Made by a program: the position numbers and the translations under genes. From an uncultured Christensenellaceae bacterium (lineage in GTDB: Bacteria; Bacillota; Clostridia; Christensenellales; UMGS416), in NCBI GenBank assembly GCA_944376795.1, contig CALWDW010000001.1, positions 8,915-72,914 of the forward strand: 64,000 nucleotides of DNA, in the 5' to 3' direction. The notes beneath the pieces were generated by a model. It was given only the letters and a program-made list of their open reading frames with translations, was not told the origin of the DNA and made no database searches. Shown here one piece after another: positions 18,934 to 28,796 of the stretch (its first letter is position 1; each line of letters begins with the position of its first letter).

Positions 18934-18946
18934 TAGATGTCCTCCT

Positions 18947-19513
18947 TCACTCTCTCTCCTGCTCCACACGAAAACGGGCCAAAGGTTTTGCCACGGCCAT
19001 GGCCAAAATACCGCCCACAACCGCCGTCACCAGCTGCGGCCAAGTAAAGTTCAGAGAAAGCATGGCCGTCATTGTGGCGACCTTGGCTTCCGGCAGACCG
19101 ATGGCGGGCAGCAAATACGGTACGAAAATATACACAACCAGAATCCACAAAACGGCTGTCTTCACAATGGCAGCCACAGCCAAGGCCAGTACCTGGCTGC
19201 GGCGGCCCAAGAACTCGAAGAGCAGCACCATAATCACGTTGGCCACCGCCACAATGGGGAACATGTGGGGCAGCGGAAGCTGTCCGATCCACAGCGCCAC
19301 CAAAGGCGTCAGCACCGAAACAATCACGCTGCCTCTCCACCCTACCATCTGGGTCGTCACCAGCAGGCAGAGATTTACCAGAGAACCAATCACCAGCGTG
19401 CGCACCATGCCCGCCGGAATAGGTAAAATCCCCGCTACGTACTGCATTACCAAAGTAACAGCCAGCATCATAGCCGTCTGCGTCAGAATGCGCAGCGATT
19501 TCTTCCGATCCAT
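18947..19513 (-). CDS. ECF transporter S component
   Basis: About six TM helices, LTQTAMMLAV, IGSLVNLCLL, NFTWPQLVTAVVGG. Confidence 0.75.
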   Translation of the reverse strand: MDRKKSLRILTQTAMMLAVTLVMQYVAGILPIPAGMVRTLVIGSLVNLCLLVTTQMVGWRGSVIVSVLTPLVALWIGQLPLPHMFPIVAVANVIMVLLFEFLGRRSQVLALAVAAIVKTAVLWILVVYIFVPYLLPAIGLPEAKVATMTAMLSLNFTWPQLVTAVVGGILAMAVAKPLARFRVEQERE

Positions 19514-19588
19514 ACTATTTCCTCCTAAAATGATCTTCCCATGCTATACAAAGAGCGGGATGCTTCCCATTCATCCCTCTCGATGGGT

Positions 19589-20842
19589 TTAATTGCCGGC
19601 GGCAGCAATCAGTTCGCGCACCGTCTGCAGTGCTACCTGGTACTGGTTATCCTCCTGTGTCAGGCGCGCTTCGTAATCGTTCTCCAAGGCTTCTGTCGGC
19701 TCGACAACGATATCCGGCGCAACCCCCACATCCTGGACGCGGGTACCCTTGCCGGTTAGGTACTCGTAGGTCGTCAACTTAAGCACCGAGCCATCAGAAA
19801 GCATTTGGAAGGTCTGTACCGTACCCTTGCCATAGGTGTTAACCCCTACCAGCGTCCCTACGCCATAGTCCTTAATATTCCCACTGAGCAATTCCGATGC
19901 GGAAGCACTGGTATCATTGATCAGCACCACCAGGGGAATTCCCAGCTCCTCCGAAGTCGTGGAATCTGTCTGGCGGTTTCCGTCCTGGTCCTCCGTAATC
20001 ATTGCGGGGCCGGGAGGCAACAAGATGTCCGCGATATTGAGCACGATGTCCTTGTCTCCGCCGGGATTGCTCCGCAAATCCAGGATCATTCCCTTGGCTC
20101 CCTGTTGCTTCACCAATTCTTCCACAGCTTGTTCGAAGAGCTCATCGGCGTCCCCTTCGAAAGAATCAATAGCAATGTAGGCAATATCGCCGTCCACCAT
20201 TTGGTACTGTACGCGATGCACCGTCACCTCACGGCGCTCCACGGTGTAGTCAACGTAGTCGTTCCCCCGAAGGAAGCGGATCTGCACCGAGGTTCCCTCT
20301 TCTCCCACCACCAGAGCCTTAACCTGGGAGATATCGTAGCCTGCTACATTCTCTCCATCAATCTCATAAAAATAATCGCCCTGCTTGATTCCCACTTCCT
20401 GGGCAGGCGTATCCTCGTAGACCCGAATAACTTCTACCAGGCCATTTTCCAGGTCCTGCTGTACCAGAACGCCAATCCCTACATAGATCCCTTCCGAATC
20501 CTGCATCATGTCCGCAAACTCTTCCGGCGTAAACAGGTACGCATAGGCATCGCCTGTTCCATAGACCATGCCCTTTGCCGCGTCCAGGATCATTTCCTCT
20601 TTCATCTCAGCAGTCACAGGCTTGAGGGCAATCTCTTCGATCGCATTAGCCACCTCATCCAACAGGCTATAGTCATAGCCCTCCCCCTCAGCCATCTGCC
20701 CACTCGACACGCCTGGCGTAGAAAATAGCTTTCCGTCCTGATAATAATAGAGACCTGCGCCGATCAGCGTAGCAACCGAGGAAGCAAAGGCTACCACCAC
20801 GGTGATAATGACGCTGAGGACGACTACATGGCTTTTTTTCAT
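19589..20842 (-). CDS. Carboxyl-terminal processing protease (S41A, PDZ)
   Basis: N-terminal TM, YVGIGV PDZ, ILDLRSNPGG, TSASASELL, TYGKGTVQ, GVAPDIVV. Confidence 0.92.
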   Translation of the reverse strand: MKKSHVVVLSVIITVVVAFASSVATLIGAGLYYYQDGKLFSTPGVSSGQMAEGEGYDYSLLDEVANAIEEIALKPVTAEMKEEMILDAAKGMVYGTGDAYAYLFTPEEFADMMQDSEGIYVGIGVLVQQDLENGLVEVIRVYEDTPAQEVGIKQGDYFYEIDGENVAGYDISQVKALVVGEEGTSVQIRFLRGNDYVDYTVERREVTVHRVQYQMVDGDIAYIAIDSFEGDADELFEQAVEELVKQQGAKGMILDLRSNPGGDKDIVLNIADILLPPGPAMITEDQDGNRQTDSTTSEELGIPLVVLINDTSASASELLSGNIKDYGVGTLVGVNTYGKGTVQTFQMLSDGSVLKLTTYEYLTGKGTRVQDVGVAPDIVVEPTEALENDYEARLTQEDNQYQVALQTVRELIAAAGN

Positions 20843-20871
20843 GATCCGTCGACTCCTATCCTATGGCATTG

Positions 20872-20908
20872 CAAAAAGAGAACCAAAGATGACCCTCGGT
20901 TCTCTCTT
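20872..20908 (-). terminator. Terminator-like hairpin after cdaR-like gene
   Basis: AGAGAACC / GGTTCTCT stem with a T-tract on the minus strand. Confidence 0.55.
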
Positions 20909-20976
20909 ATGGTATCACGATTTGGCTCGGGCAACAACCCTTCCCGTTCCCTGAAAAAATAACAAGACTGTAAACG

Positions 20977-22068
20977 TTACTCTAGCCGGTTGTTGGAAGA
21001 GAGGCTCTTACCCAGCATAATGATAATTTTCAGCAGCATGGCGTCTTCAAAATGACGGAGGTCCAGACCCGTAACCTTTTGAATCTTATCCAGACGGTAA
21101 ATCAAGGTATTCCGGTGGATATAGAGTTTCCGCGCTGCTTCGCTGAGATTCAAATTATTCTCAAAGAACTTGGTTATGGTCGTGAGGATCTCATCGTTAA
21201 GCATCTTTTTCAGCGAGTCGCTGAAAGCAATCTCATAGAACTGCCGACGCAGATTCCGTGGAACCTCCTGCAGGAACCGCTCCAGCAGCAGCCTCTGGAA
21301 GAAGAAAACCCTTCCCTTATTCTGCTGCGTAAGCCCCAGGTTGATGGCCTCCTGCGCCTCCTTAAAAGAATCGCGGATATTGATTAGGCCCCGTTTGATA
21401 GAGCCCACCCCCATGCAGGCATCGATGGTCATCTCATTGGCAATGGTCTCATCCATAGCCTGCACCATTTGGACAATGGTATCCATATCACTCTCATCAT
21501 CCACTTGCTTGACAATCGCCACAACATATCGGTTGAGGCTGACAACAATATCTCCCTGCTGCCGGGGGAAGAGCTTAATCATGCCATCATAAACCTTTGA
21601 GGCATCCCCGTCAAAGGTCTGGATGATAATCACGCACCGGTCAATATCCGGATTGATTCGATAGTCCCGAATGGCCTCCTGCATATCCAGAGGATCAATG
21701 CGATCCAGCATGATTCTGCGGAAGACTTCTTCGCGGCCTGGCTTTTTGAGCGTGGTGCGCAACACCTCGTCCAGCATGGCCGTAATCAAATAGCCACAAC
21801 GGTCCACTTCGCGGGAAATGCCTTCCAACACTACCCGAAGCGGGCGATAATTTTCATTCTCCAGCAGAAAATAGGTCTTATTGATCTCACCGACATGGGC
21901 TACGCCCTCTGAAAAGTCAGCCGAATCCAGCCAATCATCGTGGGTATTATTCAAGTAGGGATCGCTTGAGGTAAGAACATCCCCTGTTTCGTCCAGCAGT
22001 GTTACCGTCATACCGATGTGCTGGGCAATGTCACTCACTGTCATGTGAATGCGGCTATCGATTTGCAT
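20977..22068 (-). CDS. CdaR/PucR-family transcriptional regulator
   Basis: C-terminal HTH FFENNLNLSEAARKLYIHRNTLIYRLDKI...TGLDLR. Confidence 0.9.
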   Translation of the reverse strand: MQIDSRIHMTVSDIAQHIGMTVTLLDETGDVLTSSDPYLNNTHDDWLDSADFSEGVAHVGEINKTYFLLENENYRPLRVVLEGISREVDRCGYLITAMLDEVLRTTLKKPGREEVFRRIMLDRIDPLDMQEAIRDYRINPDIDRCVIIIQTFDGDASKVYDGMIKLFPRQQGDIVVSLNRYVVAIVKQVDDESDMDTIVQMVQAMDETIANEMTIDACMGVGSIKRGLINIRDSFKEAQEAINLGLTQQNKGRVFFFQRLLLERFLQEVPRNLRRQFYEIAFSDSLKKMLNDEILTTITKFFENNLNLSEAARKLYIHRNTLIYRLDKIQKVTGLDLRHFEDAMLLKIIIMLGKSLSSNNRLE

Positions 22069-22170
22069 GGAGAACCTAACCTACCTTCCTCCGAAAGAAA
22101 GGCAGAACACACCCCTACGAATACGAGCATGTTCTGCCAAGCTTCAGTCACTTACAAACGGACACATGCA

Positions 22171-23295
22171 TTATGCACGGGCAATGATGCTAACCTCCGT
22201 CTCCTTATCGAAGAAGTGGACGTTCCGCATATCCATCGCGACCTTGATGTTATCGCCGGTACGGGACAGGCTGCGAGGATCCACGCGGGCGATGATGCTG
22301 GAATCCTTACCGGAGAGCAGGAGGTACAGATAAGTCTCAGAACCCATCAGCTCCACAACCTCAACGTAGGCGTTAACAACGCTGTCGGGGAACTGCTGCA
22401 GGTAACGATCCTCATCATAGATATCCTCAGGACGGACACCCATGATCATGGGCTTGCCATAGACATCGTCGCTGGTGAAGCGGGCCACGCGCTCGGCAGG
22501 AACCTTCACCTTGTTGTCACCGAAGGAGGCCCACACATCGCTGCCTTCCTTGGTGAGGATGACGTCGAAGAAGTTCATGGGCGGAGTGCCGATGAAGCCG
22601 GCAACAAAGAGGTTGGCGGGATCGTCATACAGGCTCTGGGGCGTATCAATCTGCTGCACCAAGCCATCCTTCATAACCACGATACGGCTGCCCATCGTCA
22701 TGGCCTCAGTCTGGTCGTGGGTAACATAAATGAAGGTAGTAGCCAGCTTGTGGTGAAGCTTGGTGATCTCGGTACGCATCTGAACACGCAGCTTAGCATC
22801 CAAGTTGGACAAAGGCTCATCCATCAAGAAGACCTTCGGCTCACGAACGATAGCACGTCCGAGAGCAACACGCTGACGCTGGCCACCAGACAAAGCCTTC
22901 GGCTTACGGGAGAGCAGGTGCTCGATGTCCAGGATGCGGGCGGCTTCCTTCACGCGCTTGTCAATTTCGGCCTTGGGCACTTTGCGCAGCTTCAGGCCGA
23001 AAGCCATGTTATCATACACCGTCATGTGGGGGTACAGAGCGTAGTTCTGGAACACCATCGCGATATCGCGATCCTTGGGGGCAACGTCGTTCATCAGCTT
23101 ATCGCCAATGTAGAGCTCGCCGGCGCTGATCTCCTCCAGGCCAGCCACCATGCGCAGGGTCGTGGTCTTACCGCAGCCAGAAGGTCCAACCAGAACGATG
23201 AACTCCTTATCTTCAATGTCCAGGTTGAAGTCGCTGACGGCCTGCACGCCGCCGGGATAGATCTTGTACAGATTCTTCAAAGTAACGGTTGCCAT
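22171..23295 (-). CDS. Carbohydrate ABC transporter ATP-binding protein (MsmX/UgpC family)
   Basis: [56 protein letters not shown] domain; no cognate permeases nearby. Confidence 0.95.
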   Translation of the reverse strand: MATVTLKNLYKIYPGGVQAVSDFNLDIEDKEFIVLVGPSGCGKTTTLRMVAGLEEISAGELYIGDKLMNDVAPKDRDIAMVFQNYALYPHMTVYDNMAFGLKLRKVPKAEIDKRVKEAARILDIEHLLSRKPKALSGGQRQRVALGRAIVREPKVFLMDEPLSNLDAKLRVQMRTEITKLHHKLATTFIYVTHDQTEAMTMGSRIVVMKDGLVQQIDTPQSLYDDPANLFVAGFIGTPPMNFFDVILTKEGSDVWASFGDNKVKVPAERVARFTSDDVYGKPMIMGVRPEDIYDEDRYLQQFPDSVVNAYVEVVELMGSETYLYLLLSGKDSSIIARVDPRSLSRTGDNIKVAMDMRNVHFFDKETEVSIIARA

Positions 23296-23466
23296 TATGG
23301 GTACCTCCTACATTATTTGGGTGTAATGTGGTCAAATGAACTATGCTCATTATATCGGAGACACCCCGAAAATGCCATGGTTAGATTGTACAATATCTTC
23401 TATTTTCTTCTTGTGCATACATTCCAATATTTTAAGGGAGGACCTCTCTCGTGCCCCTATCGTACA

Positions 23467-24618
23467 CTAAAAGTCTGTTCGCAACGCCTGCGACGGATCC
23501 ATGCGGGAAGCCTTCAGTGCCGGCAGCACGCCAAAAAGTATACCCGTCCCCAAGGCAAAAATCAATCCTGCCGCTACGGCGTACGCAGGTATAACCACCG
23601 CAATCCCAGAAAGATGGCATCCCCAATAGGACGCCAGCATGCCCGTAGGAACCCCTAAGGCGCCTCCCAGCAGGGAATACGCCAAAGCTTCCCATAGGAA
23701 CTGCCAAAAAACCTGCCGCTCGGTTGCGCCAATGGCATAGCGAATCCCGATCTCCCTCTGCCTTTCCCGCACCGTGATAAACATGACGTTCATGATGCCA
23801 ATCCCGCCCACCAAAAGAGACACCGCCGCTACGCACAGTACGAGGTTTCGCACTGTTTCGACAATAGCATGAGCTGCCTCAGCTTCTTCTACCAAATTGC
23901 TAGCAATCACCGGAACCCGCGCCCCTTTTTCTAATATGCGAACGGCATGCTGCTGCGCTGCCAGAACATTTTCCCTGCTCTCGGTCCGCACCTCGATTTC
24001 ATCCAAGGTTTGGCCTCCTTCCAAGGTATCATACCATGATATGGGAATGTATACATTTCCCACCGCATGCGCATTTTCATTTTCTGGAGAAGCAGCGACA
24101 CCAACTACGCGGAAGGAAATCCCGCCCACCTTGACCTCCTTGGCAAGGCATTGCTCCCGTCCCCAAAGCGCTCTGGCTGCTGTCTCATCCACTATCGCGC
24201 AGGCTGCCCGTCCATCTTCCTCCCCCGAGGAAAAAAAGCGACCGTACCGCAGGCCGATCTCTTCTACCTCCTTCAGATTGGCTTGACAAAATGTTACCGT
24301 AACGTCATCGCTATAGCGCCCCGTAACCGTCCCGCTACGCCGGATCAGCGCCGTCACCTTTTCATCGGGCATACAGCGCTGCAAAAGCGCCGCATCCTGC
24401 AGGCGCAGCGCTCCGCCTTCTTCCCTGTCCGCCGTAATCCAGATACGCTGGACCCCCATGGTGTTTAGTTCGGTTTCCACGCGCTGCGCGGCCCCTTCTC
24501 CAATACTGAGGACTGTCATCACCGCCGCCACTGCGATCATCATGCCCAAATTGGTCAAAGCTGAACGCAGACGCTGCCGGGCAAACCGGCGCAGAATCCC
24601 TTGCCAGTAAAGTGTCAA
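23467..24618 (-). CDS. ABC exporter permease (MacB/FtsX family)
   Basis: RLRSALTNLGMMIAVAAV, GGIGIMNVMFITVRERQREIGIRYAIGA, PALKASRMDP; start TTG 24618 or GTG 24621. Confidence 0.9.
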   Translation of the reverse strand: MTLYWQGILRRFARQRLRSALTNLGMMIAVAAVMTVLSIGEGAAQRVETELNTMGVQRIWITADREEGGALRLQDAALLQRCMPDEKVTALIRRSGTVTGRYSDDVTVTFCQANLKEVEEIGLRYGRFFSSGEEDGRAACAIVDETAARALWGREQCLAKEVKVGGISFRVVGVAASPENENAHAVGNVYIPISWYDTLEGGQTLDEIEVRTESRENVLAAQQHAVRILEKGARVPVIASNLVEEAEAAHAIVETVRNLVLCVAAVSLLVGGIGIMNVMFITVRERQREIGIRYAIGATERQVFWQFLWEALAYSLLGGALGVPTGMLASYWGCHLSGIAVVIPAYAVAAGLIFALGTGILFGVLPALKASRMDPSQALRTDF

Positions 24619-25295
24619 CACACTGGGTCTCCCCCCTCCACAAGTTTTCCCTCCATAAGACGCAGCCATCGTGGGGAGCGCTGTGCCAACCGGTTATCGT
24701 GAGTAATCATCAGCACCGTAACGCCCTCTTCATAAAGGCCATACAGGGTTCGCATGACTTCCGCCGTGGCGGCGCCGTCCAAATTGCCGGTTGGTTCGTC
24801 GGCCAGCAGAATAGGAGGACGTGTGACAAGCGCCCTGGCAATAGCCACGCGCTGCGCCTGCCCTCCGGAAAGCTGACCGGGAAAATTCTCCCCTTTTTCC
24901 GCCAAGCCAAGCCGTTCCAGTGCCTCTGCCACCCGGGTGCGCCGTGGTCCCGGACGCATTCCACGGTAAATCAGAGGAAGTTCCACGTTTTCCCAAGCAG
25001 TCATGTCGCTAATAAGATGAAATGACTGAAAAACGAAGCCAAGCATAGCCATTCGAAGCCGTGCAACCTCACCGCGCTTCATCGATGAGACGTTATGCCC
25101 CATAAGATAATAATCCCCATGCTCCGGTGGCTCTAGGCAGCCTAAAATATGAAGCAAAGTAGACTTACCCGCTCCAGATGCTCCCGTAATGGCAAGGAAC
25201 TCCCCCTTCTCTACCTGTAAAGAGAGATCCTGCAACACCTGACAACGTCCATATTGCTTGCGGATATCCCGCATGTCAATAAGCGGCATAGACAT
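24615..25295 (-). CDS. ABC exporter ATP-binding protein (MacB/LolD-like)
   Basis: [37 protein letters not shown]; GGAGG RBS at 25295. Confidence 0.92.
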   Translation of the reverse strand: MSMPLIDMRDIRKQYGRCQVLQDLSLQVEKGEFLAITGASGAGKSTLLHILGCLEPPEHGDYYLMGHNVSSMKRGEVARLRMAMLGFVFQSFHLISDMTAWENVELPLIYRGMRPGPRRTRVAEALERLGLAEKGENFPGQLSGGQAQRVAIARALVTRPPILLADEPTGNLDGAATAEVMRTLYGLYEEGVTVLMITHDNRLAQRSPRWLRLMEGKLVEGGDPVC

Positions 25296-26382
25296 GTTGG
25301 CCCTCCTGGATTCCCGAAGGATCTGCAATAAGCTGGCTCTCCTTATCCAGGCCGGCCACAATCTCTGCCCATCCATCGTAGGTCTCTCCCCAAAGGACCT
25401 CCCGGCGTACGGCCACTCCGTCTTCCAGCACCCATACGTAGGTGCCTGCCTCATCCTCTTGAACCAAAGACAATGGCACCGCCAAGGCCATGCGTGCTTC
25501 CCCTATCTGGATCTCTACGTCAACCTGGGATCCCACCGACCATTGGGACAAAGCCGACCGGGATGGTGTTACACGAATTACCGCTCGGGATACGCCTCCC
25601 AGCGAGGAAACAGCCTCAATCCGCCGGATTCCGCTGGAGACACGCCCGGTTCTTTCCTCATCAATAAGCAGTCCGCCTGTGATGGTTGCCTGCTGCCCAA
25701 TGGCTGTCTGCGCCGCCTCCTCTTCCCGAAGCCGTACTTCAATGGCACAGGTTTCTTCCCGCAGAACCGCCAGCGGCGTTCCCGGTACCACGGTTTCCCC
25801 CTCGTCTACCATCCACCGGTACAGGTATGCCGTCTCCTCCGCATAGAGGGTCATAGCGTCAATCTGTTCCTCCAAGGCTGCCACCTTCTGCTCTGCCAGC
25901 TGCAACTGACGCTGGAGCAACTCCTCATCTGGCGCCTCGTTTGCCTCCTCCATGATCTGCTGAAAGCTTTCCAAATCGTATCCTGTACTCTGGGCCAGGG
26001 CCAGCGCTGCTTGGCCCTTCTGTATATTCTCTTTCTCTGCTCCATCTTCCCACTGCGCGCGCTGCTGATCCAATTCCCACTGTGCCTGTTCCCATTCCAT
26101 GGTCAGCTCCGTGGCATCCAGCTGCAGCAGTTTATCCCCTTCATGCAGGGTTTTTCCTTCCACAGCCGTCAGCTCCTGGACTGTTCCCGCCTGTGAAGCG
26201 GTTAGGGTCGTTTCTTCGACAACGACTGTCCCCTTTCCCATCACAGTCTGTGGAAAAGACCGCCATACCGTTTGGCAGGTCTCCACAGGTATGGCCTGTC
26301 GGGAGTGGTAAACAAATCCCACGCCCGCACCCACAAAAATCACCGAAAACACCGCGGCCAGTACTTTCCACTTCCCACCCAT
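25276..26382 (-). CDS. Efflux membrane-fusion (HlyD-like) adaptor
   Basis: N-terminal TM, lipoyl-like halves flanking a coiled coil, LAVPLSLV...YVWV C-terminal motif; directly upstream of the ABC ATPase. Confidence 0.8.
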   Translation of the reverse strand: MGGKWKVLAAVFSVIFVGAGVGFVYHSRQAIPVETCQTVWRSFPQTVMGKGTVVVEETTLTASQAGTVQELTAVEGKTLHEGDKLLQLDATELTMEWEQAQWELDQQRAQWEDGAEKENIQKGQAALALAQSTGYDLESFQQIMEEANEAPDEELLQRQLQLAEQKVAALEEQIDAMTLYAEETAYLYRWMVDEGETVVPGTPLAVLREETCAIEVRLREEEAAQTAIGQQATITGGLLIDEERTGRVSSGIRRIEAVSSLGGVSRAVIRVTPSRSALSQWSVGSQVDVEIQIGEARMALAVPLSLVQEDEAGTYVWVLEDGVAVRREVLWGETYDGWAEIVAGLDKESQLIADPSGIQEGQHVYAAY

Positions 26383-26792
26383 ACCATTCATCCTCCCGAA
26401 GCCAATCTTGCCAAGCCTAGTTTGTCTCTCGCAACGGCAAATATTCACGAAAATCAACATGCCTTGGCATATGTAATGGCGGAGGAATGAAAAAAGGTCT
26501 GCCCATTGGACAAACCCCATTATCCGTATCGATCTAGTTGCATGCAAGTATCTCACAGGAGCGCCCAGCTGACTGGGCCCATAGCACGCACAAAAAAACG
26601 GCAAAGCGCACCGTCATCCAACATTCTTGGAAATTGTTTTCAAGGCAGTGAAATTAACAGCTTTTCCGCCGCGATTTCCGTTCCTTTTGGCCGAACCGGT
26701 GGGCCAGACAAAAGGATTTCAGTGTTTGTCATACTTGCAAAAAGAGCTTCCTCCCATTGAACCATCGCATGGAGAAAGCCCTGCTCAATTCC

Positions 26793-27500
26793 CTAGGATT
26801 GACTGTTCCGTGGTTCCCGAGATGCTTTGCCGGGATTCTCCTCTGCCTCGGCTTTCAGTGCCGCCAACACCTCGCGCATTGCTCGCGCAATATGGCCACG
26901 CATAGAACGCACCGCTTCATCCTTATTGCCTTCCAGTAGCGCTTGCGCGATATGGTAGTGCTCCTGTACCACCTTTTCCGCCCGCGCACGGTTTTTCAGT
27001 GAAAGACTCCTCGCCCGCAGAATAAACCGCTCCAATGACTGCAGCGTCCGCTCCAGCATCGCGCTCCCCGAAAAGCGGTAAATCATCTGATGAAACTGGG
27101 TATCCAATACCGCCATCCGGGGATCAGAACACCCTTCCCGCATCAACGCCTCCATTTCCGCAATAATCTCCAGCAGTGCGGCGCGGTCTTCCTCCTTCAT
27201 TCGCTCAGCAGCCCAGCAGACGGCTTGCTCCTCCAACATAAGCCGTATGGCATAGGCATCTTCCACATCCTTGGCTGGTATGGCGCGAACAAACATGCCT
27301 CTATTAGGCAGATATTCCACCAATCCCTCTCGGGATAATTCCCGCAAAGCCTCCCGCACAGGCGTCCGACTGACGCCCATTTTTTCAGCAATACGCAGTT
27401 CCACCAGCGCATCGCCGGACGCAACGTTTCCCATCAGAATTTGATGCTCCAGCTTATCATGCACCCAGGCGCGGGCAGAAACAGCATCACTTTTTCTCAT
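26793..27500 (-). CDS. GntR-family (FCD) transcriptional regulator
   Basis: ELRIAEKMGVSRTPVREALREL wHTH; FCD domain with FHQMIY and EHYHI. Confidence 0.92.
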   Translation of the reverse strand: MRKSDAVSARAWVHDKLEHQILMGNVASGDALVELRIAEKMGVSRTPVREALRELSREGLVEYLPNRGMFVRAIPAKDVEDAYAIRLMLEEQAVCWAAERMKEEDRAALLEIIAEMEALMREGCSDPRMAVLDTQFHQMIYRFSGSAMLERTLQSLERFILRARSLSLKNRARAEKVVQEHYHIAQALLEGNKDEAVRSMRGHIARAMREVLAALKAEAEENPGKASREPRNSQS

Positions 27501-27619
27501 CCCAACTCCCCCAGTATCGTGTACAAACAATGGAGTGCCCTATACGCCGACACAGAAGCCCAGCCGTTTCCATGAATCCCCATTTCATCGTCTGCCGTTC
27601 TTCTTTAGACGAGGCAACC

Positions 27620-27656
27620 ATTCTTGTATTGTATGCAATGTTTCGAACTCTGTCAA
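27620..27656 (-). promoter_or_regulatory. Sigma-A promoter of gntR with an overlapping FadR-type operator
   Basis: TTGACA-17 nt-TACAAT; TTGCATACAA overlaps the -10 box. Confidence 0.7.
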
Positions 27657-27813
27657 GTAAAACCGGAGATTTCCCTCCTCTTTCTAGCACAATAACGGCC
27701 ATACGTACGATAACCATACGCATGGCCGTCCGAAGGTATAAATATAAATGTCTGCTGCGGCATTGGGAACCCTCTGCCGCAGCAATAATACACGCCGGAT
27801 AGAAGTCCTGCAT

Positions 27814-28782
27814 TTAAAGCAGCGTGCGACGGAGCTCCTCTCCGCTCATGCATGCATAGTAAGCCGGCGGTACATCCAGCATGGTGCAAGCGCCTTGCTT
27901 TCCCTCCGCATGCAGGCGGACAACCGCCCTAGCACAGCATACCAGTACGTTGGCCGTAAACTCCGGATTGCTTTCCAGTTCCAGGGAGAATTCCATCCTC
28001 TGCCGGGACCCCACGGCGCTTTTCCCGGTGCGGATAACAAAGCCGCCATGCGGCATACCGCTGTGATCGCGCCGGAGCTCCTCCTCCGAAATGAAGTGCA
28101 CTGTCGTATCGTAGTCGGAAAAGTAGTTTGGCATCGTAACAATCTGCCGCTCAATCTCCTGCCGGTCCGCCCCCTCCTCCGCTACGACATAGCAGAGACG
28201 GGTATGCTTCTGGCGGGTTGAAAGGACGGGCTCATCACCGGAGCGCACCGCTTCCACGGCTTCTGGAACCGGAACCGTATACTGGATGGCGTTTTTAACT
28301 CCGGGAACGCGGCGGATGGCATCACTGTGCCCCTGGCTTACCCCTCGCCCCCAGAAGGTATAATCGCTGCCCTGCGGCAAAATCGCATTGCCCAGCAGAC
28401 GGTTGAGGCTGAAGAGGCCGGGATCCCAGCCTGCACTGATCAGGGACAAAGTGCCCGCAGCACTGGCCGCCTTTTCCATCGAAGCGAAATACGCGGGTAT
28501 TTTGGCATGGGTGTCAAAGCTGTCCACGGTACAGAAGTGAGCGGCCATTTCCGGTCCCTGAACAGGAAGATCGGTGGCCGAACCTCCGCAAAGGATGACC
28601 ACATCCAGGCGGTCTTTCCACGCTTCTATGTCAGCCATCGCCACCATGGGCAGATCACCATCGAAAGACCCGGGATCCCGCCGGGTAAAGATGGCGTACA
28701 GTTCCATATCGGGCTGCTGGCTGAGAGCGGCCTTTACACCCTTTCCCACGTTTCCATAGCCGGCAATACCTACACGAATCAT
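27814..28782 (-). CDS. ddh: meso-Diaminopimelate D-dehydrogenase
   Basis: GYGNVGKG, ILCGGSATDLP, VDSFDTHA, GWDPGLFSLNR, SQGHSDAIRR, HSGMPHGG, NPEFT. Confidence 0.95.
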   Translation of the reverse strand: MIRVGIAGYGNVGKGVKAALSQQPDMELYAIFTRRDPGSFDGDLPMVAMADIEAWKDRLDVVILCGGSATDLPVQGPEMAAHFCTVDSFDTHAKIPAYFASMEKAASAAGTLSLISAGWDPGLFSLNRLLGNAILPQGSDYTFWGRGVSQGHSDAIRRVPGVKNAIQYTVPVPEAVEAVRSGDEPVLSTRQKHTRLCYVVAEEGADRQEIERQIVTMPNYFSDYDTTVHFISEEELRRDHSGMPHGGFVIRTGKSAVGSRQRMEFSLELESNPEFTANVLVCCARAVVRLHAEGKQGACTMLDVPPAYYACMSGEELRRTLL

Positions 28783-28796
28783 TTGTATAGAGCCTC

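Noticed and set aside
26400-26790. Structured intergenic region resembling a riboswitch or 6S RNA
   Set aside because: Hairpins are present, but c-di-GMP, c-di-AMP, SAM, lysine and T-box motifs are not matched and the 6S-like TTGAAC/GTTCAA elements are in the wrong order; terminators explain it.
27487-27588. 33-codon uORF overlapping the gntR start
   Set aside because: No convincing RBS and no linked hairpin.
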